Made by a program: the position numbers and the translations under genes. The notes beneath the pieces were generated by a model that was given only the letters and a program-made list of their open reading frames with translations, was not told the origin of the DNA and did no database searches. From assembly GCA_023247255.1 (NCBI GenBank), contig JAHFGV010000002.1, positions 33,835-97,834 of the forward strand: a stretch of 64,000 nt of DNA, written 5' to 3'. This stretch comes from Candidatus Omnitrophota bacterium (GTDB taxonomy: Bacteria; Omnitrophota; Gorgyraeia; Aquiviventales; Aquiviventaceae). Position 1 is the first letter of the stretch. The number at the start of each line of letters is the position of its first letter. This document shows positions 36,688 to 45,218 of this stretch, piece after piece.

Positions 36688-38367
36688 ATGTTCAATACAG
36701 GTGTAACAGGTGTAAGCTTTCCCCATCGGCGAGCAACCCGCACTGGTTTGCGAGTCACAAGCGACGAGCGACGAGCGACGATACGTCGGGTTTTTGTAAC
36801 CATTCTATATTATTTCTGTGGTGTGTTCCTCAGCCTTGTGCCTGCGATGGGGGCGGAAGACGTCACGGTGACGACCTACTACCCCTCCCCGCGCGGAGTC
36901 TACGATGAGCTGCGCACAACCGGCGATGTGGGGGTGGGGGTAACCGGTCCGGTACTCGGCAAGCTGCACGTGGTGCAGACTGCTATCGCTCCTGCCTTCC
37001 GTGTGGAGGATGAGGCTACTGCAACTGAGGTGACGCCTTTTTTGATTGATTTTGATGGAAATGTAGGTGCGGGTACCGGGGCCCCTGGGGCTAAGCTCCA
37101 CGTTGTGCAAGATAACGCTGCGAATGCATTTCGCGTGGATGATGAGGTTCCTCCGGATACCACGCCATTTCTGATTGACCAGAATGGCAGCGTAGGCATT
37201 CAAACAATACCTACAACCACATTGGAGATTGTCGATAACGATGCCAGTGGTGACTCGGTTGTAAAGATCGTCAGCGATGATACAGTCTCTGCCTTTCTTC
37301 AGTTTGTGTATGATGACGCGGTTGATCGGGACTGGAGGTTCTACATCAATGTGGATGGGAAATTGTACGTAGCAGATCAAACAGACGGCCTTAACGTGAT
37401 GATCTTTAATAATAATGGACGCGTGGGAATTGGAACAGATACCCCAGCAGCTGGTTTGGAGGTACAGCCATTTGTAGGGGTCACTGGTGTTAAGGGTGAG
37501 GGGGATGGGGCTGTGGGTGTGCATGGTGTGAGTAATAACAATGTAGGTGTTTTAGGTCAAAGTGCTACTGGTACTGGTATTGGGGTTTCTGGATCCTGCC
37601 CAGGCTGTCTTGGAGTCAAAGGGCAAGGTGCAACTGGTGTGGTTGGGGAGAGCACCAATGTGGGTGGTTTTGGCGTTTCCGGGCAGGTAGCCGATGGAAT
37701 TGGTGTTCAAGGTATCGTGACAGATGGAACTGGTGTTGTAGGTACCTCTACAAATGGTGTAGGAGTTATGGCTACAGGTGGGATTGGGTTTGGAGATGCG
37801 GGATTGATTGCTGAAGGAACAGACGGTGTTATAGCGACAGCAAAAGCAGTCGGAGGAGCTGGTATTCATGCGCTTGATGATGGTGATCCGGCCAGATTAG
37901 CTGGACGCTTTGATGGAGAAGTGGAAGTCAATGGATTGCTTGATGTGAATGGAAATATCGAAGTCAGTGGTAGTATTACCGGAGGAGACGTTGCAGAGTT
38001 TATGGACTGCGTTGGGTGTAAGCCAACCGATGTGGTCGTCATCGATACAGAGCACAATCGGTACGTAAAGCCATCCAGCCGGCCCTATGATTCGACTGTT
38101 GCTGGTGTCGTCTCAGAGAAACCTTCGCTTAAGATCGGAGGCAGTGACTCGGAAATCGCAAAGCCCTTGGCTCTGGCTGGCCTTGTGCGTGTAAAAGCGA
38201 CGACGGAAAACGGGCCTATCAAGCGGGGGGATCTGCTCGTAACTTCATCAAAGCCAGGCCATGCGATGCGGGCGGATCCGGAGCGGATCAAGCCTGGGAT
38301 GCTTTTGGGAAAAGCGCTGGAGCCACTTGAGGAAGGTGATGGAACGATTCTACTCCTTGTCGAGTAA
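36688..38367 (+). CDS. secreted fibre-like repeat protein, paralog 2
   Basis: First ~85 aa and last ~115 aa are near-identical to paralog 1. Divergent Gly/Val/Thr-rich core (GVxGxSTNGVGV repeats). Shares the CxGC plus DVVVID...YDSTVAGV...GDLLVTSSKPGHAMRA C-terminal module. Confidence 0.75.
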   Translation: MFNTGVTGVSFPHRRATRTGLRVTSDERRATIRRVFVTILYYFCGVFLSLVPAMGAEDVTVTTYYPSPRGVYDELRTTGDVGVGVTGPVLGKLHVVQTAIAPAFRVEDEATATEVTPFLIDFDGNVGAGTGAPGAKLHVVQDNAANAFRVDDEVPPDTTPFLIDQNGSVGIQTIPTTTLEIVDNDASGDSVVKIVSDDTVSAFLQFVYDDAVDRDWRFYINVDGKLYVADQTDGLNVMIFNNNGRVGIGTDTPAAGLEVQPFVGVTGVKGEGDGAVGVHGVSNNNVGVLGQSATGTGIGVSGSCPGCLGVKGQGATGVVGESTNVGGFGVSGQVADGIGVQGIVTDGTGVVGTSTNGVGVMATGGIGFGDAGLIAEGTDGVIATAKAVGGAGIHALDDGDPARLAGRFDGEVEVNGLLDVNGNIEVSGSITGGDVAEFMDCVGCKPTDVVVIDTEHNRYVKPSSRPYDSTVAGVVSEKPSLKIGGSDSEIAKPLALAGLVRVKATTENGPIKRGDLLVTSSKPGHAMRADPERIKPGMLLGKALEPLEEGDGTILLLVE

Positions 38368-38469
38368 TGGCTTAAGGGGCAGGGGGTGTGGGATAGGGGA
38401 CGTGAGAGAAGCAACCAGAGTGAGTGGTTGTCGGTTCACTCTATTAAGAAACGGCGAGGAGAGCCTGAG

Positions 38470-39939
38470 ATGCCGATAGCCGAGAGATTTCGGACAGCCG
38501 GCATAAAACGATCCATTCGAGTAGGGCTCGTGGCTGCTGGTCTGGGGCTGATGATGGGCTTGGCCCTACCACAGATGGCATGGGCGGCTGTGGGAGATGC
38601 CTGTTCTGCGGTGCTTCCTTGTCCAGAATGTCAGACCTGTAGCGCTGCGGTTTGTATCGCAAGTACTGGATCTTTGTGCGCCGGGACCACCGATTGCAAC
38701 GATCTAGACTCCGACTGTAGGAACTATAGCGGTTCGGCCACAAACCGATGCGATGCCGCTGGAACGTGTCAGCCTTACTATGCAGGTTGTACGACTTACA
38801 CGGATGCTCCTTCAGGTACTTTATGTCCTGGCACTACGGATTGTGACTCACTTGACGTCACCTGTCGTAATTACAACGACGTGAGCAATGTCTGCAATGG
38901 ATCGGGCGGTTGCGGAAGCGGCAGTTGCACTAGCTACACGAATAATGATGGGATTCACTGTAACACCAGAAGCTGCGGCTTTTCAAAAGGCGATCATTAT
39001 TATCAGACAGGGGTGAATGGGGCGCTAGTCACAGAGACTGATGTCTGTAACCTGCATGACGTCGAAGACCGACTCAGTTACTGTAGCGGGGGAAGCTGTC
39101 CCAGCCCACCCGCTTGCGATCCGGCTAGTTATACTGATCAGCTTAACTTGTATTCTTGTGGGGCCTGTAAATACATCAAAGATGCTGTCGATTGTATAGG
39201 CTCGACTTATGGATCATGCACCAACTCTCCCAATCATTCGGTGTGTGATAGCAGTTGTACCATTGCAACTGACGCGACGACGGCAACAAAATGTGTGAGT
39301 ACCGGTCCGCCACCGACAAACAGTGGTTGTAGGCTTAAGTGCGACAATGGCAATCCAAAAGAATGCGATACCTCCGGAAACTGCCAAGCATCCTGCCCCC
39401 GTACCAGTAGCGTGAACTTCGATACAGACGCGGACGGCTGGCAGCCGGCTCCCTGCGGGGATTGTAACAATGACAACCTCGTGATACATCCCGGAGTGTC
39501 GAATCGGTTCTGCGATTGCGACTCCTTAACCGGCTATAGCGCTTTGTTTGAGAACGCGTCTACCAACCCAACCGATCCTTGGGCAGGATACCCGGAGACG
39601 ACGAATTGTATAACGGGATCTGATTTTGAATTTAGCTCAACTTGTTTCTGTAACAACGGCAGGGATGATGATTGCGATGGGGCCATCGATGATGCAGACA
39701 GCGATTGCCCCAGCGCAGCGAATGACCTCATCATTGATCCTGGAGCCGGAAACACGGTGACACTGAGTCACGATGCTGCTTTCTGTGGGTTGCATGTTCT
39801 CAGTGGGACGTTACGGATTCTTTCAGGTGTGACATTGACGCTCGATGATGATGATGGGCTACATTCGCATTCTACGGCAGGTGCGGTGGACCTACAAAGT
39901 AACACTGCTGTGATTGATCTTATCGAACGCTGTCCATAG
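38470..39939 (+). CDS. secreted cysteine-rich protein (CxGTTDCxxLDxxCRNY repeats, C-terminal MopE-like Asp/Cys metal-binding motif)
   Basis: SD ggcgaggagag. Signal peptide ...LALPQMAWAAVGD. About 60 Cys. Motif CAGTTDCNDLDSDCRNY occurs twice. CNNGRDDDCDGAIDDADSDCPS near the C-terminus. Confidence 0.7.
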   Translation: MPIAERFRTAGIKRSIRVGLVAAGLGLMMGLALPQMAWAAVGDACSAVLPCPECQTCSAAVCIASTGSLCAGTTDCNDLDSDCRNYSGSATNRCDAAGTCQPYYAGCTTYTDAPSGTLCPGTTDCDSLDVTCRNYNDVSNVCNGSGGCGSGSCTSYTNNDGIHCNTRSCGFSKGDHYYQTGVNGALVTETDVCNLHDVEDRLSYCSGGSCPSPPACDPASYTDQLNLYSCGACKYIKDAVDCIGSTYGSCTNSPNHSVCDSSCTIATDATTATKCVSTGPPPTNSGCRLKCDNGNPKECDTSGNCQASCPRTSSVNFDTDADGWQPAPCGDCNNDNLVIHPGVSNRFCDCDSLTGYSALFENASTNPTDPWAGYPETTNCITGSDFEFSSTCFCNNGRDDDCDGAIDDADSDCPSAANDLIIDPGAGNTVTLSHDAAFCGLHVLSGTLRILSGVTLTLDDDDGLHSHSTAGAVDLQSNTAVIDLIERCP

Positions 39940-40016
39940 ACTCCATGAATTCAACGGACAGCAGATGGCAATTAGCAGATAGCACATAGCAGATAGAAGA
40001 AGGGGACGGCTAGTAA

Positions 40017-41753
40017 ATGAAGCTGGCGTTGGCGAAAATAGCGGCGGGACTGGTCATACGCACCTCTGAGGTGGAGTTGCTTGCGCGGCAGGCAACGCGG
40101 ATCGTCAGCCGTATGCGCGTTCCCATTGAGGCAGATAACCAGCAGAGTTTGGTCCGCGCCATTCAGCAGGCGGTCAGCGTTGCTAGCAACCTGAACACCA
40201 ACCGCTTCGCTGTTTCCATCTTGACCCAGGATATAGTCTTTCGGTTTTTCACGATTCCGGCGATTCCGAAGAATGACTGGGATTCGGCGGTGCAGTTTGA
40301 GGCCCGCAAATACATTCCCTTCAAGATTGATAAATTGGTTTGGGACGCCGTGGTGGTTCCTTCTCGCATGCCGCAACGGCTCGATGTAATTTTCAGCGCC
40401 ATCCCGCGAGAAATCTTTGACGCAATCCAGGTCGCTTTGAAGGAGGCCGGGGTAGTACCGACGGTCATTGAGCCGCGGACGGCGAGTCTGGCCCGATTGG
40501 TGGGACACTCAACCGTACAGGCAACGGCCGGCTCGAAAGCGGCCGGGGTTGCGGCAAACACGGATACGTTTGCGTGTCTGGTCGATATCGACCGGGATAC
40601 GGCACACTTGGCGATCGTGAAGAATCGCTTGCCTTACTTGGCACGGGATATTCATCTGGTGCCCAGCAAGGAGGCGCGTTTGGATAATCTATATCTCTAT
40701 GCGGGGGTTGCCGATCCACCCGTTCAGCCGGTAGTCAATGAGCCAGCGTCAGGCCCTGCGATTGCGACAGGGGAAGGATCGACGGGTGTTCCTTTAAAGC
40801 CTCCGATCGCCCTGGAGGTGCCTCAATCCGTGGATCCCAAGATTCAGAAGCTGCTGAGCGAGTTGCGGGTTTCGATTGATTTCTTCACTCGGGAGCATCC
40901 TTCAGCGACTATTGAAAAGGTGTGGCTCTTTGGGGAGGATTCGGTAATCGGGCAGTGGCAACAGGCGTTGTCTGAACAGCTTCAAGGGACCGTTGACGTT
41001 GGCCGTAGCCTCCTCAATCAACGGTTTGAAGGGGGACTGCCTGTGTCTTTTGCCTCCGCGGCAGGGCTTTTGGAAGACAAAGAAGGACTGTCGATCAATT
41101 TTCTGAAACGCAGCATCGGCAAAAGCTCAGGCAACAACTTAAAAGAGATTCTCGCAGATCGGTTTCAGATCGACTCCAGCCGATTAATCGCCATGCTGGA
41201 CATGCGGCAGTTGGTCGTATGTGCGGCCGTTGCGGTGGCCCTGTTGGTCGGTTTATGGACTTTAGGATATCGACGGGTGAAAGAGGCCAAACAGCGCCTT
41301 CAGGTGGCTATTCAGGAAAGACAGGATGTCGGCTGGGACCTTAAGGGGAAGACCGAAACGGAAATAAAGCCGATTCAGGAGAATGCGAAAGCCCAACTCG
41401 CTTTGCTCAGTCAGGTGATCAATGGGCGGTCCCAATCGGCATTGGTGTTGGATCAACTGGCGCGATCTTTGCCGGATGGCGTGTGGCTGACCAGCCTGAC
41501 GTTTGAAGATCAATCCATAAAATCCGGAAAGGGGCAGTTTACGCTGATCGTCCAGGGTGCCTGTTTTCTGGGTTCCCCTGGCCAGGAGGTCAATGCGATT
41601 CAGGCATTCGAGGATCGCATGAAGCATAGCCCGGTCATTTCTTATATGCGGAACATTCGTGTGGATGCGATTAATGCTCAGGTAAGCCAGAACTATACCT
41701 ACCGGACATTTCAGTTGCAGTATCAATCGGATCGGATGGATCGGAGGCTGTAG
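40017..41753 (+). CDS. type IV pilus assembly PilM-PilN fusion protein
   Basis: N-terminal actin-like PilM domain (~350 aa), then a TM helix LVVCAAVAVALLVGLW and PilN-type coiled-coil periplasmic domain; 578 aa single ORF. Confidence 0.8.
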   Translation: MKLALAKIAAGLVIRTSEVELLARQATRIVSRMRVPIEADNQQSLVRAIQQAVSVASNLNTNRFAVSILTQDIVFRFFTIPAIPKNDWDSAVQFEARKYIPFKIDKLVWDAVVVPSRMPQRLDVIFSAIPREIFDAIQVALKEAGVVPTVIEPRTASLARLVGHSTVQATAGSKAAGVAANTDTFACLVDIDRDTAHLAIVKNRLPYLARDIHLVPSKEARLDNLYLYAGVADPPVQPVVNEPASGPAIATGEGSTGVPLKPPIALEVPQSVDPKIQKLLSELRVSIDFFTREHPSATIEKVWLFGEDSVIGQWQQALSEQLQGTVDVGRSLLNQRFEGGLPVSFASAAGLLEDKEGLSINFLKRSIGKSSGNNLKEILADRFQIDSSRLIAMLDMRQLVVCAAVAVALLVGLWTLGYRRVKEAKQRLQVAIQERQDVGWDLKGKTETEIKPIQENAKAQLALLSQVINGRSQSALVLDQLARSLPDGVWLTSLTFEDQSIKSGKGQFTLIVQGACFLGSPGQEVNAIQAFEDRMKHSPVISYMRNIRVDAINAQVSQNYTYRTFQLQYQSDRMDRRL

Positions 41754-41759
41754 ACTCTG

Positions 41760-42305
41760 ATGAAAGGTTTCAACCCGACAGCGATCGTTGGAGGAATTGG
41801 AGTTGTCTGCATAGGCATCTTGGGGTATCATACCCTCTATGCGCGCCAATTGCAGCAGGTGCGAACCATTGAAGCACAAGTTGCTCAAGAGCACCGGGAT
41901 CAGCAGGTTCAACAAGAGGTAGCCAAGCTGCTGGAGCAACTGGAGCGCCAGCGAAAACGACTGCCCCCCGAGCCGGATCCTTCATGGCTAGTGCGGGAAG
42001 TGGTTTCCCATGGTCAACAGGCAGGTCTTCAGTTGACGAGCATCACCCAGCAACCTTCCGAACAACAAGCCTCAGCCCTTCGTCTTGCCGTAAATCTCCA
42101 GGTCCAGGCTTCCTACCATCAATTGGGAAGGTTTCTCGACTCTCTGGAGCGCTCCGAGTCTTTTATCAAAGTGGACAAAATCGAATTATCCAATCCCAAC
42201 GATAATGGCGTTGCCGTGGCGCGACTGATGTTGAGCACTATTTACCTTCCTCCGGTTACGCAAGCGTCTGCGCCTACTATAAGGAAAAAGGAAGATCTAG
42301 GGTGA
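41760..42305 (+). CDS. pilO: type IV pilus assembly protein PilO
   Basis: N-terminal TM helix, coiled coil, PilO-like C-terminal domain; position after pilMN. Confidence 0.75.
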   Translation: MKGFNPTAIVGGIGVVCIGILGYHTLYARQLQQVRTIEAQVAQEHRDQQVQQEVAKLLEQLERQRKRLPPEPDPSWLVREVVSHGQQAGLQLTSITQQPSEQQASALRLAVNLQVQASYHQLGRFLDSLERSESFIKVDKIELSNPNDNGVAVARLMLSTIYLPPVTQASAPTIRKKEDLG

Positions 42306-42306
42306 A

Positions 42307-42990
42307 ATGGACACTGTGAAACGCGCCAATTTCGAAAAACGTCTGGTATTAATCCTGGTGATTCTGTTTTCCTTCACATTGCTTGGCGCTCTGAAGAATG
42401 CCGGCATATTGAAGATCCCAGGATTTGTTAAGGCCGCGACGGCTGCGAGTCCCAAGCAAACAACAGCCCCGCTGGCTGCGGCGGATTCTTCTCCATCGGC
42501 ACAGGCAGAGCCGGTCGCGCCGCTTGAAGTTCAAACGTCCGTTACAGAGCCAAAGCGCTCGAGTGCCTCGCAGGCTGTGGCAGGCTATACGGCTCAAGAC
42601 CTGCGCGATCCCCTGAAAGATTTGCTTCCGCAACCTTCTCGAGGTCCTACTCAAACGGTTTCGACCAGCTCTTATGGAGGATCGAACGCTTCATCGACTT
42701 TGAATCCTTCCGTTTCATCTACAAGACCGCTTGCCATTTCTGAGCTGAGCCTGCAAGGCCTGATATGGGGAGGCCCTCAACCTCAGGCGATCATTAACCA
42801 TCAAACCTATAAAGTGGGTGATCGACTACAGAGCGGGCGGATCGTTTCCATAACCCGTCAGGGGGTCGTCATTGAACAAGCCGGGGATAATACTCTGTTG
42901 TCCCCCAGCTCTTCGGATCAGTCTTTTTCTTCGATGTCGGTCACAAACAGCTTGCAGATACCGACGCATCAGCAGGGGGTTCGCCAATGA
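42307..42990 (+). CDS. pilP: type IV pilus assembly protein PilP-like
   Basis: TM/lipoprotein-like N-terminus, Ser/Pro-rich linker, C-terminal beta domain (VGDRLQSGRIVSITRQGVVIEQAG); position before the secretin gene. Confidence 0.65.
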   Translation: MDTVKRANFEKRLVLILVILFSFTLLGALKNAGILKIPGFVKAATAASPKQTTAPLAAADSSPSAQAEPVAPLEVQTSVTEPKRSSASQAVAGYTAQDLRDPLKDLLPQPSRGPTQTVSTSSYGGSNASSTLNPSVSSTRPLAISELSLQGLIWGGPQPQAIINHQTYKVGDRLQSGRIVSITRQGVVIEQAGDNTLLSPSSSDQSFSSMSVTNSLQIPTHQQGVRQ

Positions 42991-43044
42991 TGCTAATGAC
43001 GTTTTCATTTACAAAGCCTGTCTCTGTGAGTTTTGGGCTTAACG

Positions 43045-43118
43045 AATTGTCGATTGCCGATGGATAGGATCTGGACGGTTTTCAATCCACAATCCAAAAT
43101 CGGTAATCGAAGATTCAA
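43045..43118. repeat. palindromic TCGATTGTCGATT-family element (upstream / 5' region of pilQ)
   Basis: cgaattgtcgattgccgatgg...ttcaatccacaatccaaaatcggtaatcgaag. Confidence 0.6.
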
Positions 43119-43194
43119 TGGACCGCTAGCCTTTAGCTGCCAGTCTCATTTATTCTTGAAACAAGCTCTAGCAGGCTGCGGGAAAACCCTTCGT

Positions 43195-43322
43195 AGTTCT
43201 GGGTTGAGGGTTCAGGGTTCGGGGCAAATACACCATGGCTCATCGGTGAGACGGGTTCTGGCCCCCAGCCCAGAGCCCAGGACCCTGAACCGACTGGCGT
43301 TTTTCAGCATCCTGCTAGTGCG
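43195..43322. repeat. ~115-bp repeat shared with 49035-49148
   Basis: ctgggttgagggttcagggt...acacca..gctcatcggtgagacgggt.ctggcccccagcccaga.cc...gaaccgactggcgtttttcagca.cctgct; ~85% identity. Confidence 0.6.
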
Positions 43323-45006
43323 GGGGATCGGCTTCTGTGTCTGGCTTTTATGTATCGCAGGTCTGGGGGCTCAGGAGAGCGTTCATTCTTTGGAGGTCTC
43401 AGAAGCAGCATCGCCATCCGAAGAAGACTCTCTTTCTTTGAATGAACCGGACACGTTAGACCTGGCTTCGTCCTCAGAGGGGGCTTTCTCCTATGAACCC
43501 CTACGGCTTTCGATGGAATTTCAAGACGCTAACCTAAAGGACGTTTTGAAGATTTTTTCTCAGCAAACAGGCATCAACGTGATTACGAGCGCTCAGGTGG
43601 GTGATCAACCGGTCACTATCTACTTGGAAGATGTGGAAGCTATGGATGCGTTGGATCAAATCCTTCTCGCCGCTGGACTGACTTATGAACGGCCTGCTGG
43701 CAGCGAGATCTATATTGTGAAGCCCATCGAGCTACAGGAAACGGGTGTGACGACGATGACGCGGGTCTATCGACTACGATACGCGCGTGTCTCGAGTACT
43801 CCATTGGCTCAGGCGGCCGGCAAGCTCATAGCCGGCGGTAGCCTTGGGGGAGGGGGAAGTGGAGGGGGAGGTGGTGGAGGGGGTAGCGGAAGCTCCGCAG
43901 GTGCGGGCTCTTCCGGAGGAACCGGTGGAGGCGGTAGCACGGGTGGTGGCGGTGGTGGTGGAGCGACAGGTGGTGGAGGAGGTAGTGGCGTCGATACTGT
44001 ATTGACCGGACTTTTGACTTCTCAGGGAAGTATCGTAGTCGATGGCCGCACGAATAGTTTGATCGTGACCGATGTGCCCGAAAACTTTCCCCGTTTGGAG
44101 GCGGCGTTAGCGGCCCTGGATATTCCAACGCAGCAGATTATGATTCACGTGGAGATTATCGAGACTACCTTAGGAAAAGATAAAACCCTGGGTTTTCAAT
44201 GGGGCACAGGCGCCGATGGGGATATGCTCACCCTTACCCCGGGCTCTCGGACCACTCGATTTCCTTTTGGATTGCTTCGGGACGGGATTTCCCCCACAGG
44301 CCCGACGCCTTTTTCAACCAGCACCCTCTCTGCGCAAAGAGCGGCCGGACTCCTTCAGGCTTTGGAAAGCGATTCCGATACCAAGATCCTTGCCAGGCCG
44401 AAGATCTTGACATTGGACAACGAAAGTGCGGTGATTCGCTTGACGACGGATCAAGCGATTGGATTTGCTTCGAGCAGCCAGCAGTCCACAGGCACGACGA
44501 CTTCAGAGCCAGAGCGCCAAACCACCGGAGTCCTATTGACAGTCACCCCGCAAGTGAACGAGAAGAAATACATCACGATGGTGCTGGAGCCCGCGATTAC
44601 CAAAACCGTCGCTTCCCAGATTACCGCACCTTCGGGCCAATCTACCCCGATTGATCCTAAAACGCGCAGTTCCCGGACGGTGGTTCGGGTGCGCGGTGGA
44701 GACACCATTGTGGTCGGCGGCCTCATTGATCAAAGCGATCAAGAGAGTCACAAGCGGGTGCCTGTGGTGTCCGGTATTCCATTCTTAGGCGAAGTGTTTA
44801 AGCATAAAGAAGTCAACAGCTCCATAAGCGAGCTTTTAGTGTTTGTGACTCCCCAACTTCTTGAAGATGCTCAACAGGAGGATCAACACGGGATGTTGGC
44901 TTCCAAAGACCCAAAGGCTAGATTTCCCCAACAACAGGAATCCACACGCTCCAGACACACGTTGATGGAAGAGACGTTGAACGTGTTGGAGCGGCGTGAT
45001 CATTGA
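43318..45006 (+). CDS. pilQ: type IV pilus secretin PilQ
   Basis: In-frame GTG at 43318 gives signal peptide VRGIGFCVWLLCIAGLGAQES. Secretin N-domains, a ~50-aa Gly-rich linker, and the C-terminal secretin domain (VVSGIPFLGEVFKHK). The upstream in-frame ORF 43033-43317 is repeat sequence. Confidence 0.85.
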   Translation: MRGIGFCVWLLCIAGLGAQESVHSLEVSEAASPSEEDSLSLNEPDTLDLASSSEGAFSYEPLRLSMEFQDANLKDVLKIFSQQTGINVITSAQVGDQPVTIYLEDVEAMDALDQILLAAGLTYERPAGSEIYIVKPIELQETGVTTMTRVYRLRYARVSSTPLAQAAGKLIAGGSLGGGGSGGGGGGGGSGSSAGAGSSGGTGGGGSTGGGGGGGATGGGGGSGVDTVLTGLLTSQGSIVVDGRTNSLIVTDVPENFPRLEAALAALDIPTQQIMIHVEIIETTLGKDKTLGFQWGTGADGDMLTLTPGSRTTRFPFGLLRDGISPTGPTPFSTSTLSAQRAAGLLQALESDSDTKILARPKILTLDNESAVIRLTTDQAIGFASSSQQSTGTTTSEPERQTTGVLLTVTPQVNEKKYITMVLEPAITKTVASQITAPSGQSTPIDPKTRSSRTVVRVRGGDTIVVGGLIDQSDQESHKRVPVVSGIPFLGEVFKHKEVNSSISELLVFVTPQLLEDAQQEDQHGMLASKDPKARFPQQQESTRSRHTLMEETLNVLERRDH

Positions 45007-45047
45007 GAGAAGAACTGAAGGTCGTGTTGTGTTTCAAGAGAAGTAAT

Positions 45048-45192
45048 AAGGATTGTGTCATGCTTTATGTGTCATGAGTCATGGAACGACAGCAGACATG
45101 GGAAGTCTTTCATGACACATAAAACATGACTCATGAAACAAACGTGAGTACTGGGTCTTAGAATCATGACTCATGAAACATGACACAAACGT
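45048..45192. repeat. 'catgacac' inverted-repeat element copy upstream of pilB
   Basis: gtgtcatgctttatgtgtcatgagtcatgg ... tcatgactcatgaaacatgacaca. Confidence 0.6.
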
Positions 45193-45218
45193 CGTTGTTT
45201 GAAGCTGAGGAAATCAAC

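Noticed and set aside
34534-38367. Considered a diversity-generating retroelement (variable repeat/template repeat), because two paralogs have identical ends and divergent middles.
   Set aside because: No reverse transcriptase gene is present. The divergent parts are hundreds of codons long rather than ~100-bp adenine-specific variable repeats. The C-termini are the conserved parts, not the variable ones.
43033-43317. Upstream 95-codon extension of pilQ from ATG 43033.
   Set aside because: The extension is made of a palindromic repeat and the 115-bp repeat also found at 49035. An in-frame GTG at 43318 gives a proper signal peptide. The extension cannot be fully excluded without expression data.
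45180-45218. pilB start at ATG 45180.
   Set aside because: That ATG lies inside the catgaaacATGacaca inverted-repeat element and lacks an SD. ATG 45219 has the gaggaaa SD and gives a normal GspE N-terminus.
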